In this document: piece after piece, positions 44,835-55,908 of the stretch
How positions within the stretch are numbered: the first letter of the stretch is position 1
Layout of the letters: each line of letters starts with the position of its first letter
Origin: Alphaproteobacteria bacterium
GTDB taxonomy: Bacteria > Pseudomonadota > Alphaproteobacteria > MPNO01
Length of the DNA: 64,000 nt
Direction of reading: 5' to 3'
Assembly: GCA_965248835.1 (NCBI GenBank)
Contig: CBDFLJ010000001.1
Coordinates: forward strand, 672,001-736,000
Program-made: the position numbers and the translations under genes
Notes under the pieces: model-generated
Told to the model about the DNA's origin: nothing
The model's database searches: none
What the model saw: the letters and a program-made list of their open reading frames with translations, nothing else

Positions 44835-45887
44835 TCACCGCAGGCCCGAAGCCACCCGCCAGCGCGGCGCCGTCGGCGGGGCGAAGACGCGCACGACATC
44901 CTCGCCGACCGAAACCGTGTCGAGGGATCGGCCGGAGCCTACAGATTTTTCCAGCACGATGGAGTCCGAATTGCGCTGTTTTCCGTAGAAGGCTGCACCG
45001 GAAATCGACACGAAGGTCTCCAGCATGTCCAGCGCGCCGTCCTCTTCGAACACCTGGGCCACGCATTCCAAGGCATTGGGCGCATTGAAGATCCCGGCGC
45101 AGCCGCAGTCGGTCTCTTTGTCCGCGCGCGGGTGCGGCGCGGAATCGGTACCCAGGAAAAACCGCGAATCGCCCGAGGTCGCAGCCGCGCGCAGGGCCAG
45201 GCGGTGCTCCTCCCGCTTGGCGACCGGCAGGCAGTACATGTGCGGCCGCAGCCCGCCCTGGAACAGCGCATTGCGGTTGATCATCAGGTGGTGCGGCGTG
45301 ATGGTGGCCGCGAGCCCTTCGGCCGCGTCCTTGACGTAGTCGATGGCTTGGCGCGTGGTCGCGTGTTCCAGCACGACCCGCAGCCCCGGAAAGCGCCGCC
45401 GCACCGGCTCGAGCACGGTCTCGACATAGACGGCCTCGCGGTCGAACACGTCGACCGCAGGATCCACAACCTCGCCATGGACCAGGAGCGGCACGCCGAT
45501 CCGCTCCATGGTCTCGAGCACGGCGTGGACCTTCTCCATCGCGCTCACGCCGTGCTCGGAATTGGTGGTCGCGCCCGCCGGGTAGAGCTTCACGGCATGG
45601 AACAGCCCGGCGGCGAAGCCCTCGGCGATGTCGGCCGGATCCGCGCTGTCGGTGAGGTAGGCGGTCATCAGCGGCTCGAAGGGATGACCCTCGGGGAGGA
45701 CCGCGCGGATCCGCCCGAGATAGGCGCGGGCTTCGGCCGGCGTGCGCACGGGCGGGTCGAGGTTCGGCATCACGATCGCCCGTCCGTAGACGGCGGCGGA
45801 ATAGGGCAGGATCGCCCGCAGCATCGCGCCGTCGCGCAGATGCAGATGCCAGTCATCGGGTCGGATGAGGCTCAGGCGCTCGGTCAT
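44835..45887 (-). CDS. pyrC: dihydroorotase (E. coli-type)
   Basis: PDDWHLHLRDG, MPNL, KLYPAGATTNS, HGE, CLPVAK, GTDSAPH; ATGA coupling to upstream gene. Confidence 0.96.
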   Translation of the reverse strand: MTERLSLIRPDDWHLHLRDGAMLRAILPYSAAVYGRAIVMPNLDPPVRTPAEARAYLGRIRAVLPEGHPFEPLMTAYLTDSADPADIAEGFAAGLFHAVKLYPAGATTNSEHGVSAMEKVHAVLETMERIGVPLLVHGEVVDPAVDVFDREAVYVETVLEPVRRRFPGLRVVLEHATTRQAIDYVKDAAEGLAATITPHHLMINRNALFQGGLRPHMYCLPVAKREEHRLALRAAATSGDSRFFLGTDSAPHPRADKETDCGCAGIFNAPNALECVAQVFEEDGALDMLETFVSISGAAFYGKQRNSDSIVLEKSVGSGRSLDTVSVGEDVVRVFAPPTAPRWRVASGLR

Positions 45888-47131
45888 TGCGGCGGGTCCA
45901 TCAGCGTGTGATAGAGCAGGTCGCATCCCTTCATGAAGTCCTCGATATCCATCGCCTCGCGCGGGTTGTGCGAGCCGTTTTCGTTGCGGATGAAGATCAT
46001 CGCCGCCGGGATCCCGGCGGCGGCGAACAGCACCGCGTCATGTCCGGCGCCGCTGGCGACCGTCTGCGTCGGCAGGCCGAGCGCGCCCGAATGGCGCAGC
46101 AGGCACGCGGTCCAGGCCCGGTCCATTCGGGCCGGCGCGGAATCGATCCGCCGGTCGAAGGAGAACCCGACGCCGCGGTCCGCACCGATCCGCGCACATT
46201 CGTCATGGAGCAGCGCGTAGAAGGAGTCCAGTGTCTGTTCGCTCTGGCTCCTCGCCTCGAAACTGAATGAGACCTCGCCCGGGATGCGCGACATCGAATG
46301 GGCCTGTGCGTCGGTCTCGATGATGCCGGTGGTGACCACCAGATCCTCGCCGGCCTCCACGCGGCCGCGCCAGTGATCGTCCAGGGCGGTGATCAGCCGG
46401 GCGGCGGCGAAGACCGCATCGCGCCTCTGCTCGCGCGGCACCGCACCGGAATGCCCGGCCTCGCCGGTGCAGTCGATCCGCCGGTGGCGGATGTTGCCGC
46501 GGATGCCGGTGACCACCGCGGTCGGCGCGCCGGCGGCAACCAGCACCGGGCCCTGCTCGATGTGAAGCTCGATATAGCCGGCGACCTCGGCAGGGTCGAT
46601 CAGCGGCGTTCCGGTCTCGATCAGATCCATCCGCGCGCCGGCGCGGGCCATCGCCTGGCCCAGGGTGCCGGTGTCGTCGCGGTGCCGGGCGGCCAAATCT
46701 TCCGGCGCGAGCTTGCCGAAAAGCGCGCTGGAGCCGGCATAGGCTTTGCCGTACCAGGCGCTTTCCTCACCTCTGAGCGCGATGGTCTTGACGTTGCGCG
46801 CGGGCCGGACGCCTTCGGTCTGCATCCGGATCATTGCCGCCAGCCCGGCGACGACGCCCGCCGCACCGTCGTAGTTGCCGCCCTCGGGCACCGAGTCCAG
46901 GTGCGATCCGCAGGCGATATAGGGTCTATCCTCGGACCGGCCAGGCAACGAGACCACCAGGTTGGCCGCGCCATCGATCGCGGTCTCGAGCCCGTGACGG
47001 TGGGCGACCTCGCGCACCAGAGCGACCGCCTTGTCCTCGCCGCGGCCGTAACTCTCCCGCGTCACCCCGAGCCGGCCCCTGGTCGCGGTACGGAGATCGC
47101 GGAACAGCGCTTCGGCGATCCCGCGGATCAT
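45884..47131 (-). CDS. M20 family N-carbamoyl amidohydrolase (hydantoinase/carbamoylase family)
   Basis: GSHLDSVP.GGNYDG, EES, ELHIEQGP, HSG, SGAGHDA, SHNP.E; ATGA coupling to pyrD. Confidence 0.9.
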   Translation of the reverse strand: MIRGIAEALFRDLRTATRGRLGVTRESYGRGEDKAVALVREVAHRHGLETAIDGAANLVVSLPGRSEDRPYIACGSHLDSVPEGGNYDGAAGVVAGLAAMIRMQTEGVRPARNVKTIALRGEESAWYGKAYAGSSALFGKLAPEDLAARHRDDTGTLGQAMARAGARMDLIETGTPLIDPAEVAGYIELHIEQGPVLVAAGAPTAVVTGIRGNIRHRRIDCTGEAGHSGAVPREQRRDAVFAAARLITALDDHWRGRVEAGEDLVVTTGIIETDAQAHSMSRIPGEVSFSFEARSQSEQTLDSFYALLHDECARIGADRGVGFSFDRRIDSAPARMDRAWTACLLRHSGALGLPTQTVASGAGHDAVLFAAAGIPAAMIFIRNENGSHNPREAMDIEDFMKGCDLLYHTLMDPPQ

Positions 47132-48075
47132 CCCAGCGGGTCCACCCATTCCAGGTCGGACTCGTCGACCTCCTCGATCCGCAGATCCCCGACCAGATCG
47201 GCGATGCGGCCGACCTCGTGCCGGATGCAGTACTGCTCGATCCCTTCCAGCACGGAGACCATCGCGGTCGGATGCAGGAAGGTCGCCGTGCCCACCTGGA
47301 CCGCGCTCGCGCCGGCCAGGATGTATTCCAGGGCGTCCTCGGCGGTCACGATCCCGCCACAGCCGACAACCGGGATGCCGACCGCGCGGTAGCACTGATA
47401 GACCATGCGCACGATGACCGGGCGGATGGCCGGGCCTGAGAGCCCGCCGGTCACGCTGCCCAGCCGCGGCCGCCGCGCCTCGACGTCGACGGCCATCGCG
47501 AGGAAGGTATTGGCCACGACCAGCGCGTCGGCCCCGGCCCCCTCGGCCGCCTTGCCGATGTCGGCGACCGCAGCGGTATTCGGGCTGAGCTTGACCCACA
47601 AAGGCAGATCGGTCGCCTTGCGCATGGCCGCCACCGCGCGCTCGGTCGCATCGATCTCCATGGCGAACGCCCTGCCGTCCTCCTCGAGGTTGGGGCAGGA
47701 GATGTTCGCCTCGATGGCGGCGACGCCCGGCACGCTGACCTCCGCTGCGAGGCTGCCGAACGCCTCGACCGTGGGTGCGGAGATGCTGGCGACCAGGGGC
47801 GGGGAGAACCGAGCATAGGTCGGCACGGTCGTGCCATGAAAATACGCCAGCCCCTTGCACGGGATGCCGATCGAATTGAGCATGCCCTCGGGCGTCTCGC
47901 AGACCCGCGGGACCGGGTTGCCGATGCGCAGCTCGCGCGTGATGGTCTTGATCACCATCGCGCCCAGCCGGTCGAGATCGATCACTTTGTCCAGCCCCTC
48001 GGCGAAGCAGCCCGAGGCCGGCATCACCGGGTTGGCCAGCGCCAGCCCGCCGATATCGACCCGCAGATCTACCAC
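47128..48075 (-). CDS. pyrD: dihydroorotate dehydrogenase family 1B catalytic subunit
   Basis: NPVMPASG, KT, GNP.PR, NSIG, catalytic EANISCPN, KLSPN, GGLSG, GASAVQVGT. Confidence 0.88.
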   Translation of the reverse strand: MVDLRVDIGGLALANPVMPASGCFAEGLDKVIDLDRLGAMVIKTITRELRIGNPVPRVCETPEGMLNSIGIPCKGLAYFHGTTVPTYARFSPPLVASISAPTVEAFGSLAAEVSVPGVAAIEANISCPNLEEDGRAFAMEIDATERAVAAMRKATDLPLWVKLSPNTAAVADIGKAAEGAGADALVVANTFLAMAVDVEARRPRLGSVTGGLSGPAIRPVIVRMVYQCYRAVGIPVVGCGGIVTAEDALEYILAGASAVQVGTATFLHPTAMVSVLEGIEQYCIRHEVGRIADLVGDLRIEEVDESDLEWVDPLG

Positions 48076-48917
48076 GATACCGCTTCCTGCAGATCGAACA
48101 CCGGGCCGTCCCAGCACACCCGGCGATGGACCACCGCGCCGCGCACCCGGAACTCGCTCACGCAGCAGAAGCACATTCCCAGACCGCAGGCCATCTGCTG
48201 TTCCACCGCGACCTGTCCCGGGATGCCGTGCTCCTGGCCCAGCCGCTGCAGCAGCAGGAGCAGCCGGTTGGAGCCGCAGGTGAAGAAGGCATCAGCTTCG
48301 CCGCGGCCGATCAGCCCGCGGATCAGCCGCTCGATCCGGCCGGGCCCGCTGGTCCCTTCCGTATCGGTGACGCCGATCACCCGCGCGCCGATGGCTTCGA
48401 ACCGGTCGAGCGACATCAGCACCGCCGGCGTCCGGGCGCTCAGGATCGCAGTCACGCCGATGCCGTGGGCTGCCGCCAGCTCCGCCAGGGGTGCCAGGGT
48501 CGCAAGCCCGACGCCGCGGCCGAGGACGACGATGTTCCGCCATTGCGGATCCAACGTGAACCCGACGCCCAGCGGACCCAGCATGTCCAGCCGGTCACCG
48601 GCCTCCAGCGCGGCCAGGCCGCGCGTGCCGGCGCCATGGATCTTGTAGAGGAACTCGATCCGGCCCGCCGCCGCGTCGGTCCGGTAGACGCTCATCGGCC
48701 GGCGGAAGAACGGCGCGTTGGGGCCGCCGCCCGGACACAGGAGGTGGAAGAACTGGCCGGCTTCGACCGCGGTCTGTGCCGCGTCGGCCTCCAGCACGAT
48801 GTGCAGGTATTCGGCATTGACGGCGAGATTGGACAGCACCGCACAAGCCCGCTCGACGGCGGGCTTGCAGGGAACGGCATCGTCAGGGGCCCGGTGCGCC
48901 CCATCGGGCTCGATCAT
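48069..48917 (-). CDS. pyrK: dihydroorotate dehydrogenase electron transfer subunit
   Basis: GQF, RRPMS, GPLG, GRGVG, 2Fe-2S motif MACGLGMCFCC...C.DGPVF. Confidence 0.9.
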   Translation of the reverse strand: MIEPDGAHRAPDDAVPCKPAVERACAVLSNLAVNAEYLHIVLEADAAQTAVEAGQFFHLLCPGGGPNAPFFRRPMSVYRTDAAAGRIEFLYKIHGAGTRGLAALEAGDRLDMLGPLGVGFTLDPQWRNIVVLGRGVGLATLAPLAELAAAHGIGVTAILSARTPAVLMSLDRFEAIGARVIGVTDTEGTSGPGRIERLIRGLIGRGEADAFFTCGSNRLLLLLQRLGQEHGIPGQVAVEQQMACGLGMCFCCVSEFRVRGAVVHRRVCWDGPVFDLQEAVSW

Positions 48918-49039
48918 CGCTCTGGCTGCGCGGCCTCAAAGGGCGATGCTAGCCGGGCTCACCTTGCATCACAAGGCGTCAGGCGGGATTGCACCGGAGT
49001 GGACCGTCTGCTTTGTTCTGCCGGCAAGGGGGCCGCGCG

Positions 49040-49903
49040 ATGGACACGATCAAGCTGGGAGGGCTGGAGATCGCCCGCGTGCTGGAAGACGACAAGCCGA
49101 TCTTCTCGCCGTGGACGATGTATCCGGACTCGAGCCCGGCCGATCTTGAGCGCCAGCGCGATTGGCTGATGCCGCGGTTCTACGACGAGGACCAGGCGCT
49201 GCTCCGGACGAGCATGCACTCCTACGTCCTGCGCACCGACGACCACACCATCCTGATCGACACCTGCGTGGGCAACGACAAGCCGGACCGGCGGCGCGCG
49301 TATTGGCGCGAAGGCAACTGGCCCTATCTCGAGAACCTCGCCGCGGCCGGCTACGCGCCCGAGGATATCGACCTGGTGCTGCTCACCCATCTTCACGTCG
49401 ATCATGTGGGCTGGAACACGCGGCTGGTCGATGGACGCTGGGAGCCGACCTTTCCCAACGCGCGCTACGTGTTCAGCGAGATCGATCTGGGCTCGCTCAA
49501 GGCCAAGCACGCGTCCGGCGAGGGGCAATACGTCCACGTCTTCGAGGACAGCGTCAAGCCGATCCTCGATGCCGGGCTGGCCGATCCCGTCGGCACCGAC
49601 CACGTCGTCGAGGACGGCATCCGGTTCGAGCCGGCGCCGGGTCACACGCCGGGCCAGGTCAGCATCCGCATCGCGTCCAAGGGTGCGGAGGCCCTGGTGA
49701 CGGGCGATGTCTTCCACCACCCTGTCCAGGCGGCCTACCCGAGCTGGAACAGCGCGGCCTGCGAGCACCAGCCGACCGCCAAGCAGACCCGCAGGGCGGT
49801 CTTCGAGGGTGTTGCCGACCGCAACGTTCTGGTGCTGCCTGCCCATTTCGAGCCGTGCCGGCTGCGCCGGTCCGAGAACGGCTTCCGCTTCGCCTTCGAT
49901 TGA
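49040..49903 (+). CDS. MBL-fold metallo-hydrolase
   Basis: THLHVDHVGWN (HxHxDH), GHTPG, GD..H, AHF. Confidence 0.92.
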   Translation: MDTIKLGGLEIARVLEDDKPIFSPWTMYPDSSPADLERQRDWLMPRFYDEDQALLRTSMHSYVLRTDDHTILIDTCVGNDKPDRRRAYWREGNWPYLENLAAAGYAPEDIDLVLLTHLHVDHVGWNTRLVDGRWEPTFPNARYVFSEIDLGSLKAKHASGEGQYVHVFEDSVKPILDAGLADPVGTDHVVEDGIRFEPAPGHTPGQVSIRIASKGAEALVTGDVFHHPVQAAYPSWNSAACEHQPTAKQTRRAVFEGVADRNVLVLPAHFEPCRLRRSENGFRFAFD

Positions 49904-49925
49904 GTGTCACGGAGAGGCCCGCGCC

Positions 49926-50993
49926 ATGTCGCAGCCCAACGTGTTCGTCTTTGCCGTCCCCGACGAGTTCGGCCAGACCGGGCAAGTCTTCGAGAATGCC
50001 GGCTGCGCGCTCGCCTGGGGCGATGAGAGCTGGCTGCACCCGGGCTGCGTCTATGAGGACGACATGGCGGCGCTTGCGGCCGAATCCTCGGCGATGACCG
50101 GCACCTCGGTGCGCAACGCGCCGATCAACCGGCGCATCATGGAGGGCGCGCAACGCCTGCGCATCATCGCCAAATGCACCGTCGGCACCGATGATGTCGA
50201 TGTCGATGCGGCGACCGATCTGGGCATCCTGGTCACCCACGCCCCGACGCTGTCCAACTGGGGCGGCGTCGCCGAGGGTGCGATGGCGATGATGCTCGCG
50301 GTGCTCAAGAAGAACCGGGAGAAAGACGCGCTGGTCAAATCCGGCGTCTGGCGCCACGAGTCGATGATGGGCACCTATCTCGGCCGGCGCGATGAAGACG
50401 GCTATCCCGGGATCACCATCGGCATCGTCGGCCTGGGCCGCATCGGCAGCCGCATGGCCGAGCTGCTCGCGCCGTGGCATGTCCGCATCCTGGCCTGCGA
50501 TCCCTATATCGAGGACGAGAAATTCATCCGCTATGGCGTCGAGAAGGTCGACATGGCAACCCTCCTGGCGGAATCCGACGTGGTCAGCCTGCACACGACG
50601 CTGACCCGGGAGACCAGGAGCTTTTTCGGGACCGAGCAGTTCAGGGCGATGAAGCCGACGGCCCTGTTCATGAACACCGCCCGCGGCGCGCTGGTCGACC
50701 AGGCCGCACTCGCCGAGGCGCTGGCCAATGATGAGATCGCCCAGGCCGCGATCGATGCCTTCATCGACGAACCGCTCGACGCGGACTCCCCGCTGCGCGG
50801 CTTCGGCGACCGGGTGCTGCTGTCGGCGCACAACATCTCGCACAACCGGGGAAGCGGGCTGGGGCCGGGGATCGCCTGGGCCACGCAATGCGTGCTGGCA
50901 GCCTTGCGCGGTGAAGTGCCCGATCACATCTTCAACCCCGAAGCGGTTCCCAGGTGGCGGGACCGGTTCGGCGGCAACGCGCTGATCGGCTGA
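49926..50993 (+). CDS. D-isomer-specific 2-hydroxyacid dehydrogenase
   Basis: GIVGLGRIG, NTARG, D.F..EP, SAH. Confidence 0.9.
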   Translation: MSQPNVFVFAVPDEFGQTGQVFENAGCALAWGDESWLHPGCVYEDDMAALAAESSAMTGTSVRNAPINRRIMEGAQRLRIIAKCTVGTDDVDVDAATDLGILVTHAPTLSNWGGVAEGAMAMMLAVLKKNREKDALVKSGVWRHESMMGTYLGRRDEDGYPGITIGIVGLGRIGSRMAELLAPWHVRILACDPYIEDEKFIRYGVEKVDMATLLAESDVVSLHTTLTRETRSFFGTEQFRAMKPTALFMNTARGALVDQAALAEALANDEIAQAAIDAFIDEPLDADSPLRGFGDRVLLSAHNISHNRGSGLGPGIAWATQCVLAALRGEVPDHIFNPEAVPRWRDRFGGNALIG

Positions 50994-51031
50994 TCCGCCG
51001 GCGTCCGGGCGGTCCAGGAGGGCGGCGAACG

Positions 51032-51838
51032 GTGCCGCGGTTCAGCGCCAATATTTCCATGCTGTTTGCCGAGCACGACCTGCTGGAGCGGCCCCGGCTT
51101 GCCCGCCAAGCCGGGTTCGGCGCCTTCGAGGTGCAGTTCCCCTACGACCTCCCCGCCGAGGTCTGGCGCGACGTCAAACACCGGGCCGGCCTGCCGATCG
51201 CGCTGTTCAACCTGCCGGCGGGCGACCTGGTCGACGGCGGGCAGGGGCTCGCCGGCGTGCCGGGCCGCGAAGGCGCCTTTCGCGAGGCGCTGGACCTTGC
51301 CGCGGCCTACGCCAAGCTTCTCAAACCGCGTGCGGTAAACGTCCTGGCCGGGACGCCCCGGGGTGAGCGCTCGCGCTGTTTGGAGATTTTCGCGGCGAAC
51401 CTGCGTCGCGCCGCGCAGGTGATGGAAGAGCTCGGCGTAGGCGTTGTAGTCGAGGCGATCAACGACCGCGACCGGCCGGGGTTCCTGGTCTCGACCATCG
51501 AAGAGGCCGTGGCCGCGATCGATCGGGCGGGCCATCCCAACCTGGCCGTCCAGGCGGACCTCTACCATATGCAGATCATGGAGGGAGACCTCACCCGTAC
51601 GCTCGAGCACCGCCTGGACCGCATCGGCCATATCCAGTTCGCCGACGTGCCGGCGCGCAACGAGCCGGGAACAGGAGAGATCAATTTCCCCTTCGTCTTC
51701 GCGGCCCTGGACCGGATCGGCTATGACGGCTGGGTCGGCGCGGAGTACCGGCCTTCGGGTCCGACCGAGACCACGCTCGGCTGGCTCGCGCCCTACCGCC
51801 GCAGCGGGACGCATTCGGTCGGATCCGAAAACGCTTAG
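51032..51838 (+). CDS. hydroxypyruvate isomerase (Hyi) family
   Basis: PRFSANISMLF, EAIN, DLYHMQ, HIQFAD.P.R.EPGTGEIN, GAEY.P. Confidence 0.92.
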   Translation: MPRFSANISMLFAEHDLLERPRLARQAGFGAFEVQFPYDLPAEVWRDVKHRAGLPIALFNLPAGDLVDGGQGLAGVPGREGAFREALDLAAAYAKLLKPRAVNVLAGTPRGERSRCLEIFAANLRRAAQVMEELGVGVVVEAINDRDRPGFLVSTIEEAVAAIDRAGHPNLAVQADLYHMQIMEGDLTRTLEHRLDRIGHIQFADVPARNEPGTGEINFPFVFAALDRIGYDGWVGAEYRPSGPTETTLGWLAPYRRSGTHSVGSENA

Positions 51839-52896
51839 CCCGGCGGGGTGCGCACGCGCGGCATCGCGACGCCCATCCGGTCGGCGTCCTCCCGCAAACG
51901 GTCCCAGGTCCCCGCGGGCAGAGGAATGCCGTCGCGGCGGCGCTCGGCCAGAACCCGGTCGCCGCGTTCGCCGGGGACCAGGATCTCGTCATGGCCTTCC
52001 GCACGGAGCAAGGTTTTCAAGGCGGCGATCAGCGCATCGACATCCTTGCGGTATCGCGCGGGATCGGAAAACGCCGCGATGTCGATCGCCAGCGCCAGCG
52101 CATTCTGGCTGTGCGCGGTCTCCTTGGCGGGCCCGATCGCGGGTGCGATCAGCGGGTTCCCGACCAGCAGGCCGGTCAGGCACTCGAACATCAAGGACAG
52201 CCCGGCCCCTTTCGGCCCGCCCATCGGCATCGGCAGCACGCCCTGCGCCGGGTCGGTGGTCGGCGTTCCCGACCGGTCGAGCGCCCAGCCGGGCTCGAGC
52301 GCCCGGCCGGAATCGCGCGCGAACATGAGCTTGCCCACCGAGGCGACTGCGGTTGCCATGTCGAGCATCAGCGGCGCGTGGTCCATCCCGGGTGCCGCAA
52401 TCGCGATCGGGCTGGTCGCCACGCCTGCAGCCCGCGCGCCGTGATAGGCCATGTTGGGCCGCGAGGTGCCGATCACCACGCCCAGCATGTCGGCCGCCGC
52501 CGCGCGCAGCGCGTAATGGCCGATCGCCGCCATATGGGTGATCCGGCGGACGAACGCAGCGCCGATCCCGCACGCCCGAGCCTTGTCAATCGCGATGTCC
52601 ATGGCGCGCGTCATGCCGACCGGCCCATAGGCCTGATCGGCATCGATCACCGCCGCCGCCGGCATGTCGGCGACGACCCTAATTTCGGGACGCGGATTAA
52701 ACTCGCCGGTTCGGATCCGGCGCAGATAGCCGGGCACGCGCAGCGCGCCGTGCGAATCCACGCCGCGCAGGTTGGCCCAGACCAGCACCTCGGCAATCAG
52801 CCGCGCATCGTCCCGGCTGGTCCCGGCCGCGACGAAAACGGCGGTGATGAACGCCTCCAGATCGCCGGCATCGACCCGTCGCGCTGCGCCGTCCAT
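51835..52896 (-). CDS. Ldh_2 family oxidoreductase
   Basis: RGVDSHG, H..AIG.Y, PIA, LDMAT, GGPKG.GL, PGE. Confidence 0.92.
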   Translation of the reverse strand: MDGAARRVDAGDLEAFITAVFVAAGTSRDDARLIAEVLVWANLRGVDSHGALRVPGYLRRIRTGEFNPRPEIRVVADMPAAAVIDADQAYGPVGMTRAMDIAIDKARACGIGAAFVRRITHMAAIGHYALRAAAADMLGVVIGTSRPNMAYHGARAAGVATSPIAIAAPGMDHAPLMLDMATAVASVGKLMFARDSGRALEPGWALDRSGTPTTDPAQGVLPMPMGGPKGAGLSLMFECLTGLLVGNPLIAPAIGPAKETAHSQNALALAIDIAAFSDPARYRKDVDALIAALKTLLRAEGHDEILVPGERGDRVLAERRRDGIPLPAGTWDRLREDADRMGVAMPRVRTPPG

Positions 52897-52909
52897 CGAG
52901 ACCCGGCGA

Positions 52910-54094
<1,185 letters not shown>

Positions 54095-54892
54095 TCAGCG
54101 CGCGGAAATGCCCTGGGCCTGCACCGCGCAAACCAGCCGCCAGAACGGCTCGGGGTCCTCGACGTGGGCGTTGTGACCGAGCCCCGGCAGGACGACCGCT
54201 TCGGGATCGAAGCCGCGCAGTTGCTCGACCGAGACCATCTGGTCGTGCTCGCCGCAGGACAGCACGATTCGCGCGCGTTGCTTGGCGATCGCGTAAATCT
54301 CCGGCATTTCGATCTCGGCGACAAGACCCGCCCGCATGTCGGCCGCCAGGCGAAACCGGCCGCCGTCCTCGGCGATCCCGCTCTCGGCAAGCGCCGAGCC
54401 GGGCGAGGCCAGCCCGGCCAGCCCCGAGACCTTGAGGAAACGCTCCGCGGCTTCGGCCCTGGTTTCGAACCAGCGCACCGGGGCCTTGATCACCCGCGCG
54501 ATCTGGTCGTGCTCGCCCTCGGCCCAGGCGGCCTTGACGCCCACGGTGACGACGTCGCTCACCGCGACGCCGAACCAGCCGGTCGCCAGCGTGATCCCGA
54601 CCAGCCCGCCCATCGAATGCCCGGCGACGATGACCCGGTCGGCATCGGCGACCAGGGCCGCCATGTCGGCGGCATGCACCGCGATGCCGTAGCGCGCGGC
54701 ATGGTCGGACCGCCCGTGGCCGCGCATGTCGGGGATGATCCAGTGCCCCGGCCAATCCCGCTCCAGATGCTCGCGCAGCCCATCCCAGACCGCGCCGGTG
54801 CCGGCCAGACCGTGGCACAGCAGCAGCGTCGGGCTTCCCGCGCCGCCCTCTTCGACATGAAGCGCGATGCCGCCCACGCGCCGCCGGCTCAT
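54095..54892 (-). CDS. alpha/beta hydrolase
   Basis: CHG, DMRGHGRS, GHSMGG, GHN; ATGA coupling to upstream crotonase. Confidence 0.9.
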   Translation of the reverse strand: MSRRRVGGIALHVEEGGAGSPTLLLCHGLAGTGAVWDGLREHLERDWPGHWIIPDMRGHGRSDHAARYGIAVHAADMAALVADADRVIVAGHSMGGLVGITLATGWFGVAVSDVVTVGVKAAWAEGEHDQIARVIKAPVRWFETRAEAAERFLKVSGLAGLASPGSALAESGIAEDGGRFRLAADMRAGLVAEIEMPEIYAIAKQRARIVLSCGEHDQMVSVEQLRGFDPEAVVLPGLGHNAHVEDPEPFWRLVCAVQAQGISAR

Positions 54893-55746
54893 CGGCCCTT
54901 GAACGCCGGCTTGCGCTTCTCGCGAAACGCGGCATTGCCTTCCTTTGCGTCCTCGGTGGTGATCAGCACCGACTGGCCGAGCCGCTCGATCAGTCGGCCG
55001 GTCTCGGTATCGACGTTCTGGCAGGCATTGATGACGTGCTTGGCCATGCCCAGGGCGAGCGGGGCGCGCTCGGCGAGCACGCGCGCGAAGGCCAGCGTGC
55101 CCGCGCGCAGTTCGGCGGCCGGATAGACCCGGTTGACCAGCCCGATCCGGTGGCCTTCCTCGGCGGAGACCGGCTGGGCGGTCATCATCAGCTCCTTGAC
55201 CCGGCCGATGCCGATCATCTGGATCATCCGCGAGGCCGCGCCGGAAGCCGGGATGACGCCGATATTGTTCTCGGTCAGCACGAAATCCGCGTTCCGGGCG
55301 GCGATCCGAAAATCGCAGCTCGCCGCGATCTCGACCCCGCCGCCGGCGCAGACGCCGTTCACCATTGCGATCACCGGCTTCTCCAGCGCCTCCAGATCGT
55401 CGAGCATCTCGTGGTTGGCCCGCACATAGGCCCGGTACTGCGGCGAGGGCAAGGCGTTCTCGTAGGCGAGGCCGTGGATGTCCCGGCCCGAGCAAAACCC
55501 GCGCCCGGCACCGGTGATGATCAGGACGCGGACCGCCTCGTCGAAGGCGACATCCCACAGCACCTGGCGGATCTCGCGGATCATCTGCTCGTCGAACGCG
55601 TTCAGACGCTCGGGCCGGTCGAGCGTCAGGAGCGCGATCCCGGGTTCGGGCACCTCATAGCGCACCGTCGCGCTTTCGTCGGACCGGTCCAGGAACCCGG
55701 CCGGTCTGCCTTCGGGGGTAAGCCTGACAGTCGGTGCCTTCATCAT
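54889..55746 (-). CDS. enoyl-CoA hydratase/isomerase family
   Basis: RPERLNA, FCSGRD, GGGVE, CDFR, EG..AF.EKR.P.F. Confidence 0.93.
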   Translation of the reverse strand: MMKAPTVRLTPEGRPAGFLDRSDESATVRYEVPEPGIALLTLDRPERLNAFDEQMIREIRQVLWDVAFDEAVRVLIITGAGRGFCSGRDIHGLAYENALPSPQYRAYVRANHEMLDDLEALEKPVIAMVNGVCAGGGVEIAASCDFRIAARNADFVLTENNIGVIPASGAASRMIQMIGIGRVKELMMTAQPVSAEEGHRIGLVNRVYPAAELRAGTLAFARVLAERAPLALGMAKHVINACQNVDTETGRLIERLGQSVLITTEDAKEGNAAFREKRKPAFKGR

Positions 55747-55908
55747 CCCTCGCGCGCGGCTCGACGGCGGTCATTGTGCGGTTTATCGCCGAGCGAGAGC
55801 AATCCGCCCGGCGGCCTTTTCTTTTGACGCTCATCGGGATATGAGAGCCCATCGCATGCGGCGGCGGACGGGGCGCGACCCCGGGGGCAGGAGGAACGGA
55901 CAACCAGG

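Noticed and set aside
45884-47860. 658-aa ORF suggesting a long amidohydrolase
   Set aside because: The extension overlaps pyrD out of frame; the real start is the ATGA-coupled ATG at 47131
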